NCBI RefSeq assembly: GCF_001194135.2
Contig: NC_068999.1
Span: forward strand, 53,846,314 to 53,910,313
DNA length: 64,000 bases
Direction of reading: 5' to 3'
DNA from: Octopus bimaculoides
Lineage: Eukaryota
The position numbers and the translations under genes are program-made. How positions within the stretch are numbered: position 1 is the first letter of the stretch; each line of letters opens with the position of its first letter. Shown here one piece after another: positions 54,946 through 64,000 of this stretch. A model generated the notes under the pieces. The model did not search any database, had not been told where the DNA came from, and was given only the letters and a program-made list of their open reading frames with translations.

Positions 54946-55678
54946 CAGGTATTACTACTAGCATCAAAGGAATTCTTTTTCTGAGAGAAGGGCGATATGT
55001 CATATTTGAGAAGACCCCTGAAGCCAAGTGAAATAGTCGTGGCCAAAGCCAGTGTCGCCTAACTGGCATCCATGTCAATGACATGTAAAAAGTTCCCTAC
55101 AAACGTTGGGCAATATGCCGTACTTGAAAATACCTGTCAAGCCAAGCACCCTTTGAATGTTGGGCCTCACAGGGGCAGTGACAGGTGACCAAGACCTTTG
55201 GTGATATACCATACTTGAGAAGATCTGTCAAGCCAAGAGAGATAATAGTCGTGGCCTATGCCAGTGTTACATAACTGGCACCCATGCCGGTGGAACATAA
55301 AAAGCACCCACTACACTCTTGGAGTGGTTGGCGTTAGAAAGGGCATCCAGTCATAGAAACCATGCCAAATCAGATTGGAACCTAGCGCACCTCCCCAGCA
55401 TACTAGTTTAAACTGTCAAACCCATACCAGCATGGAAAACAGATATTAAATGATAATGATTCTTGTGTGAAGTGTTGTATTGATGGGCAGCAAAACAGGC
55501 ATTGAATGAGGAGGCTTGAAGGTATGCATGTTTAGCTGAATATTATTGTGCATAAACAAAGAAATATGAGCATTGGCCATGACTACGATTTCACTTGGCT
55601 TCAGGGGGGTCTTCTCAAGCATGACATATCGCCCTTCACTCAGAAAAAGAATTCCTTTGATGCTAGTAGTAATACCTG
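54946..55678. repeat. About 100-bp inverted repeat (54946-55046 / 55573-55678)
   Basis: caggtattactactagcatcaaaggaattctttttctgag...ggccaa and its reverse complement, with few differences. Confidence 0.88.
54990..55460 (+). mobile_element. RTE LINE 3' UTR fragment
   Basis: ttgagaagacc...gccaagtga units and the terminal ccagcatggaaaacagatattaaatgataatgat, shared with the 23860-24820 copy. Confidence 0.8.
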
Positions 55679-57525
55679 TCAATTTTGAAATATGACAAAA
55701 TTGGGTCTAAGAGAAATCAGATGTAATGTGTAAAAAAGGAAAAAATTGCCCTGGTATGGACATGTAATGTGTATGGAGGATGACAAAAGATTGAAAACAA
55801 AGATAGCAAGCAATCAAAGTGAAAGGAATCTGCAGAAGGGAAAGAGGTGGCGAAACGGATCTCAGGAGACTTAAACACAAAGGAGATGACAAGGAAGTGG
55901 CAAGATGCTGCACTGAAGAAAACCCATCCAACAATAGGAAGATAAAATGTAAAATGAGCTTTCACAGATGTTAAAACTGATAAACTGGTGCTTTTGAACA
56001 GAAATACTTGTCCTTTTGATCTACAGTCAAATGTAGAAATACATCGTCATTAGAAACAAAAGTTTAAGAAAAATAAACAAATAAGACAAACAGGAGACAA
56101 GAATACAGTTTCGTCTGCAGTCAAAAGATACTGTTTTATTAAGCAGTCTGCTTTAAACTGTGGGGTGTTTTCTGGAAATCCACAGAATTACAGACAACTC
56201 GGCTTCATATTTATCAGTGTAGTATCACTTCATCAGTTTCTACCCGAGATCCACTTTGAAGAATCTTTGTGGTAGAGACATCACAACGCCAGTGTAGATG
56301 CCATAGCAGAAAACAGAATGTGTGTGGGCAAGGAATAGAGTTTGATGATGATAATAATAATAAAGTGTTTTTAATTAGGCATAAAGCCTTCTACTGATAG
56401 AGGAAGGAGAGGAAGAATTTTGGAATAGCTGTACCTTGAAGTCCCTATAAGTCGTGGCAATGAAAAAGGGTTGGGGTGGGGTGGGGGTTGTCCCCGTATT
56501 CCTATTTCGTAAAACAGAAATTACGATTCTGTAAAAAAAAAAAAATAATTCCTCTCAAAATTTTCAATTTTTTTTCCTTTTTTCGTAAATTATAAATTCC
56601 ACNNNNNNNNNNNNNNNNNNNNNNNNNNNNNNNNNNNNNNNNNNNNNNNNNNNNNNNNNNNNNNNNNNNNNNNNNNNNNNNNNNNNNNNNNNNNNNNNNN
56701 NNNNNNNNNNNNNNNNNNNNNNNNNNNNNNNNNNNNNNNNNNNNNNNNNNNNNNNNNNNNNNNNNNNNNNNNNNNNNNNNNNNNNNNNNNNNNNNNNNNN
56801 NNNNNNNNNNNNNNNNNNNNNNNNNNNNNNNNNNNNNNNNNNNNNNNNNNNNNNNNNNNNNNNNNNNNNNNNNNNNNNNNNNNNNNNNNNNNNNNNNNNN
56901 NNNNNNNNNNNNNNNNNNNNNNNNNNNNNNNNNNNNNNNNNNNNNNNNNNNNNNNNNNNNNNNNNNNNACACACAAAAGCATGATTTTTCGTGGTGAGTG
57001 GCAAATTAGAACAATGAACAAGTTAAAACTGCCAAAAACAACTGTAATTTCTGTTAAAAACAAATATAAAGGTGGGGAGGAGTAGAGAACATTTTTGTTT
57101 CCAGGACCATTCAGCAGAAATTTCAGAAATACAAACAGAATCCAACTCTAGACAACTAAATTCAAAAAAGTCAACAAGAATACACACATGAATCATTTAT
57201 AAAATATATAGATTTGACGAACAATTCTTGTGGACTGTCAAGGTCAGATAAAGATTCACATTAAATCTCTGTCTAGACGTGACTGGGTGGTTTGTTAAAG
57301 AGGAAACATTTAGACTGCATGTAGTTGTCTAAATTTGGAGACTATCCAAAATAAATTCAAATTAAAATAGAGAAATTCAGAATAGACAGACATCCTGTTA
57401 GCGACTAAGGCAATTGGAAGAGGGGAGAGGAAAGAAATTACCAAGAGATCCAACTTTGGAATAAAGGTCTCCGTGGTATTAAAAAAAAAAAAAAAAANNN
57501 NNNNNNNCTCTGATGTATTCTAGTC

Positions 57526-58074
57526 TTATTTAACCGGTTTCATATTCCATAATCCATCATTTAGATAATGTAAATTCTCAAGACCAATACCTTTATTTTT
57601 CTGAAGAATCTCTTCGGTAGACATTTTCGTGAGTCCAATAGCCAGGGCATTTTGTTTACCCTCAGCCATAACCACCACAATTGCGCTGTTACCAACTTTG
57701 GTCATCTTCGCACCCGGCGATGTTAATCCAGGACACATGATGTTGGCACCGCTCAACACAAAACGAATAGCTCCCTTGTCCACCTGCATAGGGGGTAGAA
57801 TAAATGGGTATTTGTGGATGAGTTTCAGTGTCGGAATATAGGGTCCTTCACGTTGTTTGAAGAAGAGGATTTCTCCGTTTTGTGCTGCCAACAATTCAAT
57901 ATGTTCGTGACACTTCACAACTTTGAGAGCATCTTTTTTCGGAAGTATTTGATTGAGCACAGATTCAATGTAAGGATATTGTTCCTGAACACTCTGCCTA
58001 ATAGTCCTTTGTACTGAAGACTTGGCATTGTTCACGCTAGACACCATTTCCTTGTCGGAGAACTTTTTAAACAT
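57526..58074 (-). CDS. MCTS1: MCTS1 / MCT-1 translation re-initiation factor (PUA domain), 182 aa, single exon
   Basis: Uninterrupted ORF MFKKF...CHEHIE...[41 protein letters not shown]...[15 protein letters not shown], colinear end to end with human MCTS1. Confidence 0.97.
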   Translation of the reverse strand: MFKKFSDKEMVSSVNNAKSSVQRTIRQSVQEQYPYIESVLNQILPKKDALKVVKCHEHIELLAAQNGEILFFKQREGPYIPTLKLIHKYPFILPPMQVDKGAIRFVLSGANIMCPGLTSPGAKMTKVGNSAIVVVMAEGKQNALAIGLTKMSTEEILQKNKGIGLENLHYLNDGLWNMKPVK

Positions 58075-58099
58075 CTTTTTTGTTTTTCAATAACCTAAG

Positions 58100-58420
58100 C
58101 TGTTAACTTCAAGTCGGCACGCTTGATGGTCCACTTCCGGAAGCGGATGTCGGTTTCGTACCGTACATAGTCCGCAACAAATACCCAACAACAACGTATA
58201 TGTGTGTGTGTGTGTGTGCAGTATCATATATAGTACCTCACACATACAGTCTCGCAGCAACCGGCATTTATCGTAGAATTTCAAAAGTTCTCCCCGATAT
58301 TTTTAAAATATCGCCAATATTTTAAAATGTCTTCAATTATTTTGTTTTTACACAAACCTGAAACTTGAGGTTTATCAAGTGGAAGGAAGTTGCTTAGCAA
58401 CGTGATGTTGATTGGTTTCA
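58100..58420. promoter_or_regulatory. Putative MCTS1 promoter: CpG-rich, palindromic ETS site, X-box, CCAAT box
   Basis: CACTTCCGGAAGCGGATGT at 58132-58150, about 60 nt upstream of the ATG; GTTGCTTAGCAAC at 58389-58401; ATTGG at 58411-58415; locally high CpG content in a CpG-poor window. Confidence 0.7.
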
Positions 58421-59096
58421 ACTGACATTTAATTCGTGATCTCAAACACACTTTTAGTGAAAGTCTGGCCTAAAAATGCACAAATTGGTCTTTCGGAGTC
58501 TAATTTCTTCCCTAGGTTGAATACATATGAATGAGAGTCCTTGTATTTATCTGAAAACACTTTTTGCGATGAGCAAACAAGACAGCCTCTATGTGATCAC
58601 TCAAACTGTTAAAAATAGCAGCAGAATCTCTCATATCACACCCTCCTATCTTAAAATTGGAATAACATATTAGATATTGTAGTCCTATGTGTGTACGTAC
58701 GACAATCTTTGACTTCAAGTACACTTAGCCCCATATCAAAGGTTTTTTTGTTTTGTTTTTTTACTACAGTGACTAGTTTTGGCAATTTTTATTGTCTTGT
58801 TTCAAATGCTCATTCAGATTAAGTTGTATGTGTTAAATTGATTTTTATTAATTTATTTTTAATTTGACAATTTCTTCGTCAAATACAAAAAACAAATAGT
58901 AGCATGCAATTCTAGAAAAGTAGTGAATTTGGTAATGAGTTGGATATTTGAGCTAGTGAATGATTCACTAAGTGGCAACCCCCCCTTTTTTTTATTAATG
59001 AGATGACAAAATAGATTTTGTATCTATATAATTCATCTTAATTCACCATGTTGTTTAACAAGTTAAAAAAATTGGAAACTATTTTAATTTTATTTT

Positions 59097-59324
59097 TTAA
59101 CCTTTTAGCTTTCAGATTACTCTGTCAAATGGAATGCTTATTTATTCACATTGATTTGAATTAGTTAGGCATTTATCTCATAGCTTTGAGATTTCAACAA
59201 TGTGATTGTTTATTTTTGGAATGATATTATAGGGTAAGTGTGGGGACTGGATCTGACCAGTTTGAAGATCAAACAAGTAGATTATTTTGGTCGGATATGG
59301 CCAGTTTAAATGCTAAAATGTTAA
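59097..59324 (+). mobile_element. piggyBac-type MITE
   Basis: ttaa|cccttttagc ... aatgctaaaatg|ttaa. Confidence 0.8.
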
Positions 59325-59649
59325 AAAAAATTGTCAGCCCTGCTCATATAAGAGTTTATATAGTTTATAGTTTAGGGTGGTGTCTAATCATAAATTCTTC
59401 ATTGGTAACTCACAATATCTGTTAGTTTGCCATAATGGATGACCGGGGTAGTAGTATTGTTATAAAACTGTTGGATGACACTGACTATTTTCAGTGGATA
59501 GAAGGAACAAAACTCTCATCAATCAAGAAATTCTGAAAAGGGGGCCGGATTGATTACATCTAAGGAGATCCCCAAATGGCATTGCAAGACAAATGTTAGA
59601 CTAGCAACCTGAAGGAAAGAGGATGTGGAGAGGATAAGGTGAAAGCAAT

Positions 59650-59835
59650 CTCTTACTTGTTTCAGTCATTAGACTGCAGCCAGACTGGGGCACTGCCTTG
59701 GAATAGTTTAGTTGAATGAATCGACCCCAATACTTATTCTTTCAGTCTCTTTTGTCAAACTGCTGAGTTACAGGGATGTAAATACACCAACACCAGTTGT
59801 CAGGCAGTGGTGGTGGGAAACACAGACACAAAGAC
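59650..59835 (-). mobile_element. Family B SINE, 3' part
   Basis: acttgtttcagtcattagactgcagcc...caccaacaccagttgtcaggcagtggtgg. Confidence 0.7.
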
Positions 59836-59929
59836 ACCCCCACATAGATGTGTGTGTATATATATATGTCCAACCCATGCCAGCATGGAAGGTGATGTTA
59901 AAGTCAAAATAAACCTTCCCTACAAGAAA

Positions 59930-60330
59930 AGAATAGACATTTCATCAGACATGACCAGTCAAAAATGTAAAGCTCGAATTCTTTTGTATTGAAGGCTTAA
60001 ATGAAAGCATCCAGTCAGCAAGTCACAAAATGCTTGGCTGCAGTAAAAACTGAGACAGGGAAAGCTGCTCGTGCAGAGATAATACCACATGCCTACTAAA
60101 TAGATAATGTAACAGAGGTTGTTCTGTATAAAGTGGAGGTAGTGTTGCAGGGCATCAGATAAACATTTTCAATATAGCAAAATGGTGTAACAGAAAGCAC
60201 TTTTAAAGTAAGACCAAACACTCACAAGTCATTTTTTTTTCAGATCCAAGAAAGAGATAGTGTCACAACATTAGTAAAGAACATAGTTGTTGAAGGAAAA
60301 ATCTGTGTTATATAAAGTCAACTAGGGATT
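59930..60330 (+). mobile_element. Highly decayed RTE/BovB-like C-terminal relic
   Basis: FQIQERDSVTTLVKNIVVEGKI resembles the GHIMRR..SLEK.I..GKIEG motif; many stops. Confidence 0.4.
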
Positions 60331-61269
60331 GTTGGGAAAATGCAGACCATATTTCGACAGTAGCAGGAGGTGCAGACTCTGTCTATTGGAGAAAAGAATT
60401 ATCTAGTATTTGATTCAACCGGGGACCTTCCTGAACACAAAAAATGAAATTTTTTCAGCCTGACTACATTTTGACTAATTTAGGGAGGATGACTATTTAC
60501 CTCTTTTCGAGTTTTTTCATTCTTGCTTCTATCCAACCTCACTGTAACTTTATATACCTTTCCACCTTCCCTTACATCCCTTTCCCCCCCTTTCTCTCTA
60601 CCTCTGTCTCTACTTTAACTTCCCATCTCTCTCTTCTCATTCTCTCATTATTTTCCCACATTGCTCATTATTATAAAGAATATTTCCCCCCACCCACCCA
60701 TCACATTTATACATAGATATACTCCTTTGTAAACTGGCTGCTTATCCCACACCAACACATCTTCCTCCTCATTTCTTTCTCACTTCTCTCTCTCTCTCTC
60801 ACATACACACATTATCTACCTTCACTACTTGTCCTGCTTCATATACACACAAGTGACAGGGAAGACGTTGCTGTTAGCCCGCCCCCGACTCACAGTCTGT
60901 AGTTTTCATTTCACATGCGAATCGAAGGGGCATAACTCTGCAAGGACTAAACGTGGCATTGCAATATTAACTAAAGATTTTTTCGGAATTTTTTATTTTT
61001 TATGTTCCAGTTTTCACCGCAACAAAAGACACTGAAACTTGACGAGATATTTACTTTTGAACTTTCAGGGCAAAAGAATCCAATCTACACATTTCTGACT
61101 TGACGTGTCTGATATTTCATTATTGCTTCTTTGTAGGAGAGCTTACTTTTTTGAACGAAATAGTCCAATAACTTTTCAGTGTATATAAGAACTAATTTAC
61201 TATGTATGTATGCATGCATGCATGTAGGTAGGTAGGTACATATACACACACACGCAGACATATATATGC

Positions 61270-61397
<128 letters not shown>

Positions 61398-61766
61398 AAA
61401 GTTGCTTAGAGGATATGTTAACCTCATAAAGGGATGGCTACATTCAAAGACACACTGGTTCCTATACCTAGTAATTTTGGGGAAATGAAATTTCCTTAAA
61501 CCAAAAGGTATATATTAAGTATATAATTCATGTTCAGTTAATTGAAGGAAAGAAAATAGAGAGTTGAAAGTTAATAATTATTTATTATTAAAAAATTTAC
61601 TTCTTACAGCCGTTTCCATTAGTGCCCAATAGGTAAATTACAAATTCATGCTTTAAATTTGTATTTATATGTTATGAGCATAATTTCATCAGAGAAAATG
61701 ATATACATTGATATTACACTTTGACTTATCTGTTCATGCAAGCGGATTAAATGTTTATGCTTGTAA

Positions 61767-62795
61767 CATCATCATCATCATCATCATCGTTTAACGTCCG
61801 CTTTCCATGCTAGCATGGGTTGGACGATTTGACTGAGGACTGGTGAAACCGGATGGCAACACCAGGCTCCAGTCTAATTTGGCAGAGTTTCTACAGCTGG
61901 ATGCCCTTCCTAACACCAACCACTCAGAGAGTGTAGTGGGTGCTTTTACGTGTCACCCGCACGAAAACGGCCACGCTCGAAATGGTGTCTTTTATGNNNN
62001 NNNNNNNNNNNNNNNNNNNNNNNNNNNNNNNNNNNNNNNNNNNNNNNNNNNNNNNNNNNNNNNNNNNNNNNNNNNNNNNNNNNNNNNNNNNNNNNNNNNN
62101 NNNNNNNNNNNNNNNNNNNNNNNNNNNNNNNNNNNNNNNNNNNNNNNNNNNNNNNNNNNNNNNNNNNNNNNNNNNNNNNNNNNNNNNNNNNNNNNNNNNN
62201 NNNNNNNNNNNNNNNNNNNNNNNNNNNNNNNNNNNNNNNNNNNNNNNNNNNNNNNNNNNNNNNNNNNNNNNNNNNNNNNNNNNNNNNNNNNNNNNNNNNN
62301 NNNNNNNNNNNNNNNNNNNNNNNNNNNNNNNNNNNNNNNNNNNNNNNNNNNNNNNNNNNNNNNNNNNNNNNNNNNNNNNNNNNNNNNNNNNNNNNNNNNN
62401 NNNNNNNNNNNNNNNNNNNNNNNNNNNNNNNNNNNNNNNNNNNNNNNNNNNNNNNNNNNCATTCTCACCACATGTCCATACCAGCGCAATCGTCTCTCTT
62501 GCACGCCACAACTGATGCTTCTAATGTTCAGCTTTTCTCTCAAGATACTTACACTCTGACGGGTATTCACATTGACATTACACATCCAACGGAGCATACT
62601 GGCTTCATTCCTTGCGAGCTTACGTATGTCCTCAGCAGTTACAGCCCATGTTTCACTGCCATGTAGCATGGCTGTTCGTACGCATGCGTCATACAGTCTG
62701 CCTTTTACTCTGAGTGAGAGTCCCTTTGTCGCCAGCAGGGGTAAGAGCTCTCTAAACTTTGCCCAGGCTATTCTTATTCTAACATATAAATGCAA
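61767..62795 (-). mobile_element. Young RTE-clade LINE, 5'-truncated (ORF C-terminus, gap, 3' UTR, (GAT)n tail)
   Basis: Stop-free RIAWAKFRELLPLL...LHGSETW...RRLRWYGHVVRM at 62795-62460; 3' UTR ends ggacgttaaac(gat)n at 61767. Confidence 0.92.
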
Positions 62796-63164
62796 ATTTA
62801 AAGCATAAATTTGTGATTTACCTATGGAGCACTAATGGAAACTGTTGTAAGAAGTAAAGATTACCAATTTTTTTTAATAATAGATAATTATTAACTTTTA
62901 ATTCTCCATTTTCTGTCTATCAATTAACTGAACATGAATTATATATATAATTTTAGAAAATTAATCTGGGAACTTTGAGAGAAAGTTCAAACAAACCTTA
63001 TATATCAATCTCATGAATCTGGAAGGGCCTGAAAAGGTCCTGGGCATAGCTCTTTCTCCAGACAGCTGGACGTTACAAAAATTCCTATAACCTATGAAGA
63101 CAGGAGAAATGATCATTCTAGAAATTTTTAATAAAACTTAACCAATAATAGGCACAGGCATAGC

Positions 63165-63405
63165 TGTATGATGAGAAGCTTATTCCCAACCATATGGTTC
63201 GGGACTCAGTTCCACTGTGTGATACCTTGAGACTTCAACTATAGCCTCAAGCTGATCAAAGCCTTGTGAGTGGATTTGGTAGGTGGAAACTGAAAGAAGC
63301 CCACTGTATATATGTGTGTGTGTGTGTGTGTCTATGGGTCTGTGTTTGTCCCCACAACACTGCTTGACAACTGGTGTTGGTGTGTTTACATCCCTCTAAC
63401 ATAGT
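63165..63405 (+). mobile_element. Family B SINE
   Basis: gctgtatgatgagaagctta...ggttcgggactcagttccactg...ggaaactgaaagaagccc...cttgacaactggtgttgg. Confidence 0.75.
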
Positions 63406-63599
63406 CAGGATTTTTGAAAAACAAGGGGGAATTCATGGCGTGAACAAATTAAACACGCTACCCAGCAGTGGCTAAAATGTGAACCGATCAAGTTTGTGTA
63501 TAAATTTTCTTTTTATATGTTTGTTTCCTTTAGCACAATATTTAAACAACAGCTAAAAGTTTTCTGAAGCAGCACCCCAACTACATACAAAAGTATGTA

Positions 63600-63910
63600 T
63601 GATCATGGGATTGCACTTAAAAAGTTCCCCTCCAAGGCATAAGTCAAGGTAAGTTTATTTGTAGAAGACCAGCAGTCACCAGCGCATACCAGCCTCCCGT
63701 CTCCATGCCACCAGTGTTGTTCAAGAGAAAGGCAAAGGCTGATGCAGCTTGGCACCAGTGATGTCACAACTCATTTCTGCAGCTGAGTAAAGTAGAGCAA
63801 TGTGAAATAAAATGTCTTGCTGAAGAAGACAACACACAGCCCAGTCTGGGAATCAAACTCAGTACCTCATAATTGTGAGCCTGACACTAACCACTGAGCC
63901 AAGCGCCTTA
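63600..63910 (-). mobile_element. Family C SINE
   Basis: gagcaatgtgaaataaaatgtcttgctgaag...gggaatcaaactc...taaccactgagcc (tRNA head on the minus strand). Confidence 0.65.
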
Positions 63911-63956
63911 CCTGTTTTACATACATACATACAGGCATACATCCATAATCCATACA

Positions 63957-64000
<44 letters not shown>

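Noticed and set aside
53779-57063. Long ORFs dominated by X residues (also 39545-40020 and 61843-62666)
   Set aside because: Artefacts of N-gaps.

Overview
AT-rich, microsatellite- and retroposon-dense animal genomic DNA from a gapped draft assembly. It is most likely an octopus; this is inferred from the repeat landscape, not proven. Two convergent protein-coding genes are supported. (1) The 3' part of NALCN (sodium leak channel) lies on the + strand as 27 GT-AG exons from 2382 to the stop at 39044. It runs from the end of IIS6 through the II-III linker, domains III and IV and the C-terminus; the start of the gene is upstream of the window and part of one exon is in an N-gap. The domain III filter residue is Glu (SLEGW), not the vertebrate Lys. 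(2) A complete, intronless MCTS1 ORF lies on the - strand (58074-57526) with a CpG-rich ETS / X-box / CCAAT promoter region. The rest is introns and intergenic DNA filled with RTE-clade LINE fragments (some very young), several tRNA-derived SINE families, a TTAA-flanked piggyBac-type MITE family, mariner and hAT relics, a Penelope-type end and simple repeats. The main leads are: a minimal hammerhead ribozyme fold with a non-canonical CUGUUGA core (16585-16621, -); the calcium-type NALCN filter exon; the single-exon MCTS1 with a possibly bidirectional promoter; a CCAAT/E-box cluster in the long NALCN intron; long hairpins and inverted repeats that could be ADAR, small-RNA or back-splicing substrates; and SINEs stacked head-to-tail after (ATT)n tails. 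Exon boundaries were read by hand and protein comparisons were made from memory of the human sequences; no database searches were run.
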